Assembly (NCBI GenBank): GCA_004764695.1
Contig: SMSO01000005.1
Coordinates: 248,001-312,000, forward strand
Reading direction: 5' to 3'
DNA from: Schizochytrium sp. TIO01
Lineage: Eukaryota; Protista; Bigyra: Labyrinthulomycetes
Length of the DNA: 64,000 nt
Positions within the stretch are counted from its first letter, which is position 1, and each line of letters starts with the position of its first letter. A program made the translations under genes and the position numbers. The notes under the pieces are model-generated. The model saw only the letters and a program-made list of their open reading frames with translations. It made no database searches and had not been told where the DNA came from. Shown here in pieces: positions 45,901 to 59,795 of this stretch.

Positions 45901-48900
45901 AAACGATATCTTATCGGCTGTGGAGGGTGTTCTTTGGTTGCAATTTTTTTGACGTAGCGCCGTGACCCCGAATTTAGATGCAACCTCGAGTATACATGAA
46001 GAGCAGTGTCCACGGGAGGTCAAGATCACAGCCCGGAAAGAGATTGCTAGAGCTTTTATTGTAATGCAGTACCATTTGCAAAAAGGTAGGTACTTGTTCC
46101 TCAGAGATATTCCTGCTAGCTGAATGGAAAGGATTCGCTGGATTGCAATTTCTGTGGTGCGGGTATCACTCGGGCGGATATTTCTCCGCTGGGTGATCCT
46201 GATCTGGAGCTTGACAGTGCGTTTTGATTTCAGACCCTTCTCAAGAACAGGATACATACCTACGCTGTACGGCTCAAAATTTCAAAATAAAATTAGTAAA
46301 TTGATCAAGAGCAGCAACTCAGAAACCATCTCCAGATATTGATCCTAAAGCTTTAGCGCTTTCGAATTCCATTTCACCCAGTGGGTGAAATCTGCAACGC
46401 TTGGGACTGCTTTCTTTTAACGAAGAGCTTGGCAAACTTTGAGACCATAGAAAACAAGTCACCCAGATATTGCTTGAGCTCGCTTTTCCAGATGTAGCAC
46501 TCGTTGAAGTCGCCGTTTATTCCATAGCACAGTAGACACTTGCCCGCAACGGGCAAGCCATTCATTTTGGCCGAGGCAATAACGATATTTGATTGATACC
46601 AATTTCAAGGCGGATGATCATCATCTGAGAATGGCAGATGCTATTTTCGTCAGGTTGCACAATTAATATTGAAATATTTTGTAGGAAGGTACCTAACTAC
46701 TTTCTAAATAGGCAATCGAGATGAACTTTTAAGTTGGAGGAGCCTTGCAGAAGTAGTTCTTGGCGGTCTTTGGAAGAATAAAAAGGCACAACAACAAGTG
46801 GAGGACGGGTTGCCTTCCCTGTCAAAGTGTAGATTCTGGCTGAAGGAGGCGATTTAGAAGCATTCCAAGTCAAGTTTCGAGTTGGCGAGGAAAGAGAAAA
46901 CAGCTCTCAGCCAGCCAGAGACTATCTGCATAAATCTATAGGTTTGGGAAGAACTCGAAAGAAAACATAAACATAGCTCTTGGTTAATGTGTATCTAGTT
47001 AGGTACTAGATACACACTCATATCAGACGAGTCCAGGATTAGATTAATAGCTGAAGCTACGTTGGCTCGGGTGGGATTTCAAGAATGCCTGCAACCTTTG
47101 TTTTGTTTGTCAAAAGAGTCTGGGATTTGCACAGCTTGCAGAGAACAAACATTGTTCGCTGTGCAAGGTTGTGATGGGGGGCTCTAAGTTTCTTTTCAAT
47201 TTGCGAACGCCTTCACACGAAGTCAACAAGTCAATCTTTTCTTTTCTTTTCTTTTTAAACATTTTAATTTTAAAAAGTTCTTTAAATTTTTTTGAAAATG
47301 AGAGAGAAAGTGATTAAAAAAACAACTTGAAATAAAGTATTTAATCAAAAACAACTATTCTTAAAGTTCTTTTCAATTCAAGCTACTTTTCTATTTAACA
47401 ACAAAAGTCCTTTTACTCTAGACAATTATAGAGTTCATGGCTCAAACTATCTCTGCAAGAGACTTTGTACTGTAAAAGTAGTTGGAAAGTCTTAGGCTGT
47501 CTTGCAAAGATATCGATGGTATCGTCAAGAGGATCTGGTGGTTGCGAGGTTTGCGGTGCTCATATAATTGTAAGGTACTGCAATAAAAGCTATGAGTGGG
47601 ACCCTTCGAGTCTATAACCTGTCTCACTTCATTCTTTTCTTTAATTTGCAGCCGATTTAAAATGCTCTGCAATTCAGTTCAAGTTGTTTAACTAGTTTGA
47701 GGACGTTCGAAACGGGCACTTACTACCTATCTCTGTGGAAATTGCAATGATAGCAGCTTGATGACATTCTCTAGCCTCAGCCGTGATTGACTGGTTGGTT
47801 AAGCCTACTGCTAATATTTTTTAAAATAATTATTAGCAGGGAGATTCAAAGTTTAAAGGAAAGAACACGAAGCTACCTATTCACTAAAGTATTTCATTGA
47901 AAATATAATAGCTTCTTCTCTTCATCTGTAGTAACTAATTTGTTACATGTCTAATCTAATACTGATCGACACCTTCTTGGAATGAGAAACAAATCCACGA
48001 CAACCCAAAGGATAGCGTGCACCAGATGATCCAAGAACTATTCAAGAAGGGAGTCAATCTATTTTGAGTCAAATCTATAGTACCAGGCCAGAGCTTTCAC
48101 TAGTAGTAAATAAAAAGCGCATTAAAAAATAGGAGTTGAAACAGGTGTAGCACAAACCAATGAATTTAATCTGTATTACACTTGGAAAAGATAGGTTGTT
48201 TTCTTTAAACCTTGCGCTCTTCTATGAAGATCATATTGGTTGCGTTTTAGAGAGGAGAATTTCTGGCAGATGCCGATTTCTTGGTCGACAAGCCGCAGTC
48301 TTTTGCGGAAGTTAGCGTTTAGAAGTTGCAAAATTTATGTTGAAATCATCTTTGAGAGTCGCAAACCTTCGAAAATATCGAGACCTACAGATACTTGTCC
48401 TTCTCTAACTGGCAGGTATTAGCTAGTATCGCCCCTCCCCCCCAAAGAGACAAACAAGCAAACAAACAAAAAACAGAGACGATTGTCATGATGGTGACAG
48501 GGAATGATTAGTCTCAATGCTGTTGGAACTTAGGCACTCAAGAAGAATAACGGGGAATTGCAAATTATCAATCATTCTGTGTCCCCTGCGACGTCATATA
48601 CTTCCCTAAACTTTTCAAAGCTCAGCCATTCATTGCGCTGCTACGCATTTGCTTCGTTCTTCAGCTCGTCTTCATCTCTTCATTTTTCAAGCTATTCCCA
48701 CAACCATCCCTGCTTATAACTTTTTGTTTTGAAGTTTTCTACTTGGCCAGACAACAAGTTGCATCTTCTCTGCCACGAAAGTTGATCTCCTGGTTGCAAA
48801 ACGTCCTGAGACTTCGTTTAGGTCGGAGATATGCTTGTGCAACTGCGATGCAGTGTAGTGTTAGGTGCTTACACCTAGTCAGAAAATCGGAGCCGCAGCT

Positions 48901-48990
48901 TTTGGTTGGATCCGCCATCCAAGAATAGTTAATTCCCCGACTCTTATTTGTGCTCATTCGATCAATCTATTAAAATCGCACAGCTGAGAT

Positions 48991-49015
48991 CAAGACAAGA
49001 CAAGACAAGACAAGA
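48991..49015 (+). repeat. (CAAGA)5 microsatellite
   Basis: Direct reading. Confidence 0.85.
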
Positions 49016-52000
49016 TGGGCCGGCCCGGACAGGTTCTCGATCATGTAATTAGTCTGCATGATAGCCTGATGCACCTCACCTGCGCACATAATGGATTGAC
49101 GCCAGTTCGGTCTCAAGACTTGGACTCGAGAGGTTTTGCAAGTTGCACATGATCACTTTAGGACTTGCGAAACCTTGTAAGGCACTATAGAGATGAAATG
49201 AAACTTTAACTCATGATTTCTGCTAGCTAGGTATCAGGTATTTGTAGTCTGACCTGAAAATAGGAGTAGTGTTGCGCTAGCGTTAGATACCACAATTTGC
49301 CAAGGTAGGTACGTATAGTCACAAAATATGATCAGCCTAAATAAGAAACAAGCTGACCTGCCAGAGATGGGAAACAGTTTATGAAAAGATCAATTGATTC
49401 TATCTGGTACACACTGAGGAAATGCGAATGGCTGAGTTCATATCCCGAGCTTCTCTGGATGCGGCTGGGCTTCACCCTAGTTGTGGCGACTGACAAAGCT
49501 GCTAAAAGATATTGCCCGCGGCCCGCTAGCCCGCCGAAGGCTTTGGTCGCACTGGCTTAGCGCCTGATCAGTTGTTGCTCACCTCGGCCCCAAATTTCCT
49601 AGCTAGAATAAAATAGGAAACCTAAAAATATGAATTATCCTTCTTACTAGTAAAATAGTTATCATAAAGTAAAGAAAAGAAATATAATAACTTTATAGAG
49701 GACCATATGCCGACAACCAGTAAGATCAAGGGGTAGGAGGTAGAAGACTCAATAAGGAAGTTTAAACTTGGTTCCTTCCTTCCTTACATATACGACAGAA
49801 TATGGAAATATAAACATCCATAAGCGAAGCCACGATTTCACTCTTGTGGCATTTACCAAAACACACTCGTCGGGCATTTTCGGTTGCCTTCGACCCTTCC
49901 AGTTCCAAATTGGAAACAAAAAAATGAAAAGTTTTATTCCCCTTTACTTTTCCCTTCCTTAGTCCCATTTTTTTTAATCACTTCATAAGGCGGAATTGCA
50001 GTGGAAAGAAAAGGAAAAGAAAAGACTTTTTGACCTTGTAAACTAGGTAGGCACCCCTTACTATTTTTATTTCAAAATAGTAAGCAAAAGCGATGCTACA
50101 CATATGCCTCATTTTCATTTGGTTCATATTTTTGGTAGATATATATAGATTTCATTAAAAAATATTCTTTTTTACATTTAATAATAATGATAGAAATATT
50201 AAAAGAAAAGAAAACTAAAATATCTGGAGACGAATATTTATAGCTGATGATAAAAAGCTTTTAAGGTTTTTTTGTCTTTTTTTCAATTTACGAAAAAGTA
50301 CAACTATGCTGTTGTTTGTGCAGTTCTTAGACTATTGACTAAACTGGCGGTGCTAGCAGCATGTTGTCAACAAATACATCGATCGGTCCCAAGTACCTAT
50401 AGCAATCTGTGTAGAGTCTACTTCTCCTATGAATTGTTTCAATTGAGCAAAAGCTCATACATATCTCATGGCTGTGGTTCGAGAATGCCGACATTCATCA
50501 TCGATATTCTTTAACAGAGTACTGCTATGAGCGAGTTTGCGACTATCCGCGACATCTTGCAGTTTACAATATAAAGAGCACCTGTATAGCTGAGTTTCTA
50601 TACCTATATTTTGAAATAGCTTCTGTACTTTATTCGAGAGAAGCAAATGGTGCAAGGGACTGTCTCTTGAAATTGTCGCTCAAGATAATGTGTGGGCACA
50701 TTCTGCGCAAGCCTGCACTGGCATTGCGCTTCTGAATGCAACACGGCCCTTCAAATTTCCTTAAGGACACTTACGATTTTGAGCAGCTTTCCGAGGAAGT
50801 GCAGCTTCAGCACGTTAGCGCTCATACACTCTTCGCGCTAGCATTCATCTTTAAAGGAAGCGCAGCTTAATTATGCTCTATTTCGACTATCGAGTCCAGG
50901 TCAGGCTAATCGCGTTGCTTTGAAAGTTATTCCCCCTTTGAGCCAAGAACTTTAGTCAGTCTTTCTGGTCCTGCAGAGCCACCGAAGCTGTCCTGCTAGA
51001 ACACTTGCATTCTGTAAGTTGCCGAGTATCAGGTAGCTAGGTAAGTACATACGCACGTGCGGAACATACGCATACGTATGTCGCCTTTGCTTGTTGGCTT
51101 GCCGTGGACTTCGCGATGATTTCCACGATTTCTTCCTTCATTTCTTCTTCGGTCTCGCTTGCGAAGAAGCATCTCAAGGCCAAAACCAACTTTAGAGTAA
51201 ACACTCGCTCTCGAGTCATTTTGCGTTATTTTGCAAAACCGCCCAATCGTTGAATGGGTTTGGAAACCAGCAATTTGCAGTAAAATGTGACACTGGAATT
51301 CAAGTCGCAAAATCGTAAAAGACAGTTGAATACAGGTCTTCTCGGCAGTCTCGAGAGCTCCTTTCCGAGGCTGTTAAACCCTCGAGGGAATAGAATTCAC
51401 TCTCATATGGCGAGTTTGTGGCCGGTTTGCGAGTATGACGAGGGCGGTTTCGAACTTGGTCTGCGGTCGCTGCACTTTCCAGTCTAAGGGTTGTTGCCAA
51501 AGGTCGTACCTACGTGAAAAAGTGCTCCCGACAGGCCACGCAAAGTGCGCCTCTCTCGCTCCGCTCTTCGTGCCCTCTGGCTAAAGCTTATACGGAGCTT
51601 CGAACACGCGCGGCCAGAAGAATTGAACCCGTTCAAGCAGAAAACGCAACGCAGAACCTCATGGGTAAATGTGAAGTATGTGTTCAACAGCAATGGATCA
51701 TCCAAATACTTCAATCCATCAGACTTCAGAATTGTTGGAAAAACAAACAAAGCTGTAGCAATGGTTTCCATGTTGTTTATTTTTTCTTTTTATGATTTAT
51801 AAAAAGCCAGATTAAAAAAGGGGAAAAAAGGAAAGAAGTGATATACTAAGAGCCCTACGGTGCTCCACGGTACTCCTACTAGCACTTGCCCCTTAGAATC
51901 GATGAATAAGAGGGAGCGAGGACCTCGTGCTCGCTCTGGTGCACCCACCTAAGGTCTTCCGTCGCACCGAGCGAGGGCGAGAATACACTGTGCGTGCAGG

Positions 52001-53997
52001 AGAGAGAGAGAGTGTGTGAGTGTGTGAGAGAGAGTATGATCGGTGTTCGTCGAGCTCGTATGTCTCGTTTGGAGAAGACATCAGCTTTGGAGAAATCAAG
52101 AGCTCGGGATGGCCTCGAAGATCAGAATCGTTTTCTTTCCCACATATCTTGGCTTTTTCTTCTTCTTTCTTCTGCCTAGCTAGGTGCATAAATAAATTGT
52201 TTCTTATAATTACAACAACAAAAATGGTTGAATCAGCTTTCAGGTTCTTTCTCGATTGAAATCACAGAGCAGCGGATATAACATTTTAACATGTAGCAGC
52301 AAGTCTCAACGTGTGTCTGTTGGCCGGACCTCGCGTCCCGCTGTGCTAATCCTACTTACTGCTCAAGTTATCCACGTCACTTATTTATCCATCAGGCTTC
52401 TTCATTCATTTTGCACCCATTTGCTCACTTTACACTCTCTGTAGAACCCCTTCTTACTTAGGGTGCTCGAATTATTGGAAATAAAAAGCAGTTCAACGAG
52501 TTCAACGAAATCAAGGTTGGATCAGGAATGTTAAAAAAAAGGTTCAAGAGCTCCAGTTTTGGCATCAAATGTCATGGCAAGCCCATGGATATACTGAGAT
52601 ACACGCTGTCGAGGAGCTTTGAAAGTAGAGCGCACGGGTTTAGGACTTGATGCAGGTGCCGGCGAATCGCCGAGCACGTGCAGATCTGTGACGAACTTCG
52701 ACGGCTTAACGAAAGAGGTTTTAACAGATGCGAATGTGGATATTACAAGTACTACGTCCATGAAATCAAAGGCTTCCGGCGATACCTCTCGCGCGGAGTA
52801 AAAGCAGGCGAGAGGCAGCGACCAGCGGCAAGCGCAAAAGACGCTTTCATCTCACCGGGGAGTCCCCGTTGACTCTGCTGAACAAGGGTGGAAGCCTCGA
52901 GGAGGCGGCATAGAGGACGCCTCTTGTGCGGCGTGGTTTACGCCGAATCACTCCAAATAGAGAAATTCTTCCAGCCCTCAATCTCATGCTATGGCTTCCA
53001 ACTGTATCCAGGAATATTAAGCTTGGAAACTTTTTGAATGGCTAGCTACCCCGCCTCTCATGGATGGAGCCAGAGTGCGAGGAAGTTCATTGATTTCATA
53101 AAGAATTCATCAAAGATTCCAACTTTGAAGGCACATGTGTTTCTATAAGATAGCAGCTGAAAGAATAATAATAGCGCTGCTGCACGTGCAGGGAGATAAT
53201 GGATAATAACTAGTCGGTCACGAAGATCGCGTTGTGATTGATGATGGGGGATAGATACTGAGATAGAGGAGCGCTGGATAGAGGTATTTTGATGACGATG
53301 GGTGATAGTAGATATTGATAAACAGTTTGATCCGCATGTTCTTCATTTCCCTTATTCTTCGTCTTCTTAAAATCAGCAAAAGTGTTTAAGAAATGGGGAA
53401 AACGACACAACGAGATCAAACTCTCAGTGTGCAGTGGGAGTAGTCTCGAGACTGGGTGGAATGTGATAGCAGGAAGAAGCACAGGAACACAGAAGAGGCG
53501 GTAGAGGGATAAAAGGGACTGATGGATGTTTTTGGCGTAGTGCACCATTCAATGGGAGTATCAAACACTGTCGCAATATGAAAAGAGAAGGAAACTTACT
53601 TGAACCTATTCCTCTTTGTGGCGTGACTTTTTTTAAAGTCTTGCCGGCTACTTGGTTGAGGAGTTGAGATAGCAAAGGTAACTCAACAACCTTGTTGTTT
53701 TAGTTAGAGAAGAATTAATTAAGAAAAAGAAAAAAATACCACAAAAGGAGAGGACACTTGCTTACACGAGTAAAAAAGTAAAACAAAGTTCGATCGATTT
53801 AAAAAGACTTCTCCGCCCTAGCTCCACTGAAGAATGTATCGCTGTAATGCAATTGAAGTCGGTGGACTCGACAGCAAAACCAAAACTTGAGCCAACACTT
53901 AATACTTAAAACGAAACAAATCGCATTCGCATTGGCAGAACTTGCCAGAGTATAATAATCCCCATACATATATATAGACAGATATATATTTCCAGCC

Positions 53998-55659
53998 ATG
54001 TCTTCAAAGGTTGACTCAACCAGCATGGCCGCTTTGGATGATGGTTTTGAGACTGATCGTCCTCAGCGCAACCTGAATGCTTACACGGTAATGCTTCTGT
54101 TGGTTGCCATCTTTGGTGGTCTTATCTTCGGCCTCGACATCGGTACTACTGCTACAACCTCAATGACTTCTTTCCGTGAGACTATGGGCATTCCTGTTCT
54201 CACATCTGGAGAAAAGGACGCGTCTTCAACTACTGCCCAGATTAACCAGTTCACCTACGTGTTCCATGCCACATGCCTCGTGGGTGCTCCCTTTGCTGGA
54301 TTTATTTCTGACCGTGTCGGTCGTAAGCCTGTGATTTGCATTGCTGCAACTATCTTCATGCTTGGATCCCTTTGGCAGTCTCTTGCCGGTCTCATTACCA
54401 CCTCGTTTGCCTGGAAGTCTATCATCATTGGTCGTGCCTTTGGTGGTGTCGGTCTCGGCTTTATGCTTACCATGGCCCCAGTTTACACTGCTGAGCTGAT
54501 GCCTGCCCAGTGGCGTGGTAAGGCCATTACGATTTTCCAGCTTTCTATCACCATTGGAATCTTCATCATGGCCATCTACAACAACTTCATGTCTGAAACC
54601 TGGGGCTGGCGTCTTGGTATTGCTCTGCAAATTATCCCTTGCATGCTTACCATCTTCTTTATGGTTTTCGTATTCCCGGAGAGCCCTCGTTACCTCGTTA
54701 AGGTTGGAAAGGATGAGGAAGCCATGGTTGCCCTTCGCCACCTTGCCCATGGAACCCCTGAGGCTGACAAGGTTGTTGAATTCGAGATGGAGCAGATTAA
54801 GAAGGAGGTTTCTGTCGAGATGGAGGCTGGCGAAGGTAGCATCTTTGAGCTTTTCCACGGTGACAATGTTGTCTCCCTTCTCTGTGCTGGTGGTGTTGCG
54901 TTTTCTCAGAACGTTACTGGTGTTAACTGGTTCATTAACTACGCTACAACGCTTTTCAGTTCTCTTGGATTTGATGCTTTTGAGTACGATCTTATCCTTA
55001 AGGCTATCAATGTTGGTGCTACACTCATTGCCATCCCTCTTATTGACCGTGTTGGCCGTAAGCCCCTTACTGTTTGGGGTACGACCTTTGCGATCGCTGC
55101 ATTCTTCCTCATCGCCGTGGTTATTTCTGCTGCCGGAATCAATGTCAACACCAGTGATGCCACTGGTACCACCTACGGTGTTCAGCTCTTCTCCGTTGTG
55201 ATGATTTTTGCCTTTCAGGCTGTATATGCCATCACCTGGGGTCCGCTTGGTTGGATTCTCCCTGCCGAGTCCTTCTCTCTTCGTGTTCGTGGTGTCGGCA
55301 TGGCCTCCTGTGTTTCCCTCAACTTCTTCACCAACATTCTCCTTGGTGATGTTGGTTACGATCGCATCTACAGTGCCACAAACCTTCAGGTCGCCTGCTT
55401 TGTGCTTGTTGCCCTTAACATCATCATTGCCTACCCTGTCGTAACCCTCCTTCAGCCCGAAACCCGTGGCCTTGAGCTTGAGGACCTCCGTAAGGTCTTT
55501 GCCTATGAGAAGGGCGGCAACCCGGTCAAGGGCCACGGTACTATTCGTGAGTTTATCTCCCGCAACCTTGTGCAGACCCGCCAGGTTTACACCTGCAGGT
55601 CGGCAGACCGCACTCTTGGTTTCGACCGCGTCAAGCAGGCTATGCACAGCGAGCCTTAA
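53998..55659 (+). CDS. MFS sugar porter, paralogue 3
   Basis: Same signature motifs; 553 aa; strongly C/T-ending codon usage. Confidence 0.95.
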   Translation: MSSKVDSTSMAALDDGFETDRPQRNLNAYTVMLLLVAIFGGLIFGLDIGTTATTSMTSFRETMGIPVLTSGEKDASSTTAQINQFTYVFHATCLVGAPFAGFISDRVGRKPVICIAATIFMLGSLWQSLAGLITTSFAWKSIIIGRAFGGVGLGFMLTMAPVYTAELMPAQWRGKAITIFQLSITIGIFIMAIYNNFMSETWGWRLGIALQIIPCMLTIFFMVFVFPESPRYLVKVGKDEEAMVALRHLAHGTPEADKVVEFEMEQIKKEVSVEMEAGEGSIFELFHGDNVVSLLCAGGVAFSQNVTGVNWFINYATTLFSSLGFDAFEYDLILKAINVGATLIAIPLIDRVGRKPLTVWGTTFAIAAFFLIAVVISAAGINVNTSDATGTTYGVQLFSVVMIFAFQAVYAITWGPLGWILPAESFSLRVRGVGMASCVSLNFFTNILLGDVGYDRIYSATNLQVACFVLVALNIIIAYPVVTLLQPETRGLELEDLRKVFAYEKGGNPVKGHGTIREFISRNLVQTRQVYTCRSADRTLGFDRVKQAMHSEP

Positions 55660-58600
55660 GAAGCATGCCTCGAAAAGCTGTTTTTCAACAATACCCTTGC
55701 AATACTATCTATTTTGATTGTTATGCCATTTGCAGTTCGTTCAACTGCTTCCTGTGTGGCCCCCTTCTTTATTTCGTATCCAGACTCAGCTCTATACTAT
55801 TTTATCACTCGAGCCCGGTGTTCCTCACCGGCAATCTTTATCTCTTTAAGTCTATCTTTATGTTTCTTTTGTCACCTCTACGTCTTTTGGGGTCCCGGGG
55901 CGTATAACTTGCGGACATTGAAGTGCTCCAAAGGTACAAAGTAGTTTCGGCCCGCTACCGGCAGTGTTGTTCAAATGCAATATCAGGGGCCTTATATTGG
56001 GCTTTATTTATGCCCGCGCGAGTTGCATTCCCCGGGTTATCATGCATGTCAAGCTCTCGAGGACCTCTTTGTTGATTGTCTAGCGCAATGCCTGACATTC
56101 AACAATGTTCTTGTCCTCACTTCTAACCTCGCAGACTAGTGGGTTTTGTTGGCAGCAGAGACGATTCTCTTTGATGTTGCATCTTGCAGGCGATGCACAG
56201 GCAACGAATGCTATCTCGCTGCTCAGCGTGGCGTTTGGACATCAAAGTCATGGTGCTCGAGAGAGACTAGGACGCAACACAACCCGTGCGCTTCAAATAA
56301 AAGATTATGTTCCATCCTGCTCTCTGCAGCCTTCGAACCAAACAAGGCATTGCTCAAATGGAAATTTTGATATCATAAATCTTCATGGCCCATACAATCA
56401 ATGATGGTATCGCCCAAAGTTTGGTTCAGTTATCCAAATATGTCCATTATGTTATTGCCTACATCTTGTAGATCAAATGAAAGGTTCGTTTCAAAATTGA
56501 CGATGATCAAGTCTTCTTTCATGAACGGGGCACTAGCAACTGCTATACATAGGTTTGACGTTAAACACTGTTTTTGAAAATCGCACGTGCGCCGTGCTTG
56601 CACGTGAAACATGGAACACTTTAAAGAGAAATTCCCGAAAATTGCGAGACTAACTCTGTAGATAAAATGGTTCAACCTTTGGGTCACTGCGCTCGCCTGG
56701 CCAGCCCTCTCTGACAGTGTTAATGCCAAAGGTCGGGCTATTGTCTAGTGCATGGTTGGTTAAAGAGTTGTTGCTGCGTTGCAGGAAAACCCTCAATCTT
56801 TATAACGCAATTTGCCACCGAAAAAACACACCTGAGATTTTCCGAACAGTAATTCTAAAGTTGGTGAGCACGGCCTCAGATTGCGTACATCTATTGCGTG
56901 GTCACCGTGCAATCGAAGGGAAATCCATCTTCACTATGCTTTGTTTGTTTGTTTTTTGGAGGAGGAGGGGGGGGGGGAAGAAAGAATTGAATTTGCGACG
57001 GTTTGGATCTCGAAACCTGAGTCAAAGTCAAAGTGTTTTCCTACTTTCCAAATCCATTCGATCCGCCGCTTATTTATCGTGCCTCGTGCCACAGCCAGAT
57101 CCCGGATCCATCAAGGTTATATGAAAACTCCACGTAATCATCTCTACGACGCTATGCAAGATTGTGTGCAGCAGAGGGGCTTTCTTTACTTGGTGAAATC
57201 TCAGATTGCCGCTTTTCGAAAATGTTTACAGCCTTGCTACTCGCCAGCTAGCTGGTGTTATATGCACGGAACCCATGCGGAACCTTTGTAGATCGGGACA
57301 CATCTCTACAATCATGTCGCCTTGTGGGACAATTGCAACAGCTCATATAGAAGTGGGTAGGTACTAGTAATTCTTTCGCAAAAGCTCCTTTTATTCTTAT
57401 TAAAGACATACATTTGTTTACGTGCTGGAAGGAGCGCTGAAGGAAGAAAGGTTGCTGGGTTTTCTTTATTTCTTTCTTTCTTGCGGTAGGTAGGTACGTA
57501 CTAATACATGATACTTTTAAAAGTTCTTTAGAGCACAGGTAGTTCTCTTTTCATATGATTCTTCTCTTTCATTTTCAAAAAAAAATTGAAAAAAAAAAGA
57601 AAAGAAAAAGAAAAGAAAGAAAGACAAAAAAGAGCGAAAGCTGAAGGAGTAGGTCATTACCTTTTCTTTTTCTTTTTTCTTTTCTTTTTTCTTTCTTTTC
57701 AGAAAAGTAAAATATAAAATTGTACTATCAAAGCTAGGGCAAATTCACGTGCACGAATTGGACCTCGAAGATGTGGCTACGAGTGGCTCGGGCAACTTGA
57801 AGCAAGAGCCGTCCGAGTTTACTTCGAGAAGACCAGTGCTGGCAGGTTGAGCTCAAGTGAAAGGGCTGCGGCGACAGTGGCGGACGCAAAGTCCGCGGAC
57901 TGCAACGGCGGAGGATTGCTTCGCTTTCCAAGTTTTGCTCACCGTCGGGGCTTTTATCGCCCGACTCCCTCGTTCAGCCGTCTAAAGTTTTTGTTTTGGG
58001 CAGGATCAGGAAGTCGAAAACAAAAGGAACTGAAGATCAACAGGTGATACCAAATCACCGCGACTTACTTAGCCTATAAGTTGTCTCATTTACCTACAAT
58101 AATAGAATTCCTGCGGAGTTTGAAAGTTCTAGTTCATCCTTGGTGATAGAATGTAGAGATGGAAGTTGATCAAGGTAGATAGCTGCATGTCACGATATAT
58201 TATATGGCGCTGAGGTCTGGTGCAAAACCATACGAAACACATTCTTATTTGGGGCCGAATGCTTCCGAAGGTTTGCTGTACAGGAAAATACTTTTCTGCA
58301 TTGACCAAGGGTTCAACGCGTGACGCCATTTATCAAGTCTTTGAGAAATGCATTTTCGAAAAGATTTACAGAGTTCTGAAGGTAGCGGCCATCTCAGTGC
58401 CAGGGTTTCTCTCGTTTATGTCAAAATTTCAGGATGCAAGTGCTCGAAAGCAGCTATTGCTAAACATTTTGTTCGTAGAAGTCAAAGTCCAGCTTAAGCA
58501 GGCAGCAGCCCAAGTTTCACCCTAAAGTCTTTGTGGCTGCCCGTCGCACACCGGTCATTAACTGGGATTAGCTCTTCAAATCTGAGGGTTGTTAAGATCT

Positions 58601-59795
58601 CCACTGTAGAATCGTTTTTTTAGTCGAGAAGGTGGATGGATACCTTACCTTGCACAACTAGCTCAGGGTGATTTTCCAAGGATGTAGCCTAATTTGTTTG
58701 GTCGACAACTAGTCCAACTTCGTGGCGCTCACGACCCCGCTGGGCGATCTCTTTCTGCCACAGAAGTGGAATTTTATTTTGTAAGCCAGCCAAACACTCT
58801 GTTCTTCGATGACAATCTATACCTTTGATTATTGTACCTTGGATGTCGAGCAGTAGTTGCAAGTTGACACCTCACCCATCGGTGATCTTCAATTTCAAGT
58901 TGAGCGACAGAATCGCCTCTGTGCAGCTACAGTACGAACGCTTAAACCCATGGGCGAGTTTCTCATTTTGAGCAGTGCTGAGCAATTCTAAATGTGTATA
59001 GTACAGCTTTGTTCATCTACTAAAATTGCTGGAGCCGAGCTCCTGGCACCTATTCTAGTTGAAAATCTTTCAAGTGTTTGAAGTCCTTTCTCTTTACTCA
59101 CACATATTGAAACAGTTCACCTGGAGTCCCCGTCCATACTAATTGCTATCTGGCCAATTCCGCAGCCTTCTTTATACTTGGTGTATGTCTCTGATGAAAT
59201 TGGCACCTGACAAGTATGCCACCTCCGACGGATGCAGAGATTTCTGTTCGCGCTCAACCTCACTTTCCTAAAGGGGTAAAGGCAGCAGATGAAGTTGCAA
59301 GCGCAGTTCGAACAGCTACTTGTGGAGGGAGGAGGTTGGTAAACTGGAGCGCTTCCACTCTCATGATCTTCTTCAACTTTGGTGGTTGCAGCGGTGAGAA
59401 TGTTGATGTCGTGCGAAGGAGGAGGTTTTCCACTTCTACATTTGGTGCACACCGATCGTTTCTACTCTTATTTAGAAAGCAGTGCATCTATAGTTAATAA
59501 AACTTTCATTATGCTTAGTTCTACTAATAATGGATATAATACTCTACCTTGGTTTTTATCCAATAGCACTTTTGAAAGAATTTGAGTATTATTATTTCTT
59601 TATAAACCAAAGTGCACCGGAGAAAGCGCGAGACTCGAAATTGCAGAGATTTACTGCAAAGCGTGTTGCGGAAAACTAGACGTGCGAACAAAGCGCACAA
59701 AGAAGAGCCGACTATAGAGCTTGGTAGTCAAAACCATACATCCAAACTCAAGTCATTCTCACTGGGCCAAAATATCCTTCTATGCTGTGCTGCAC

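Noticed and set aside
45600-46570. Protein-like fragments on the minus strand
   Set aside because: Multiple stops and no family recognised.
47808-47839. 9-bp inverted repeat ctgctaata...tattagcag
   Set aside because: Isolated short AT-rich hairpin, expected by chance in 64 kb.
54226-55647. 473-aa antisense ORF over sugar porter 3
   Set aside because: Explained by strong codon bias on the sense strand; no recognisable domain, and not maintained at this length in paralogues 1 and 2.
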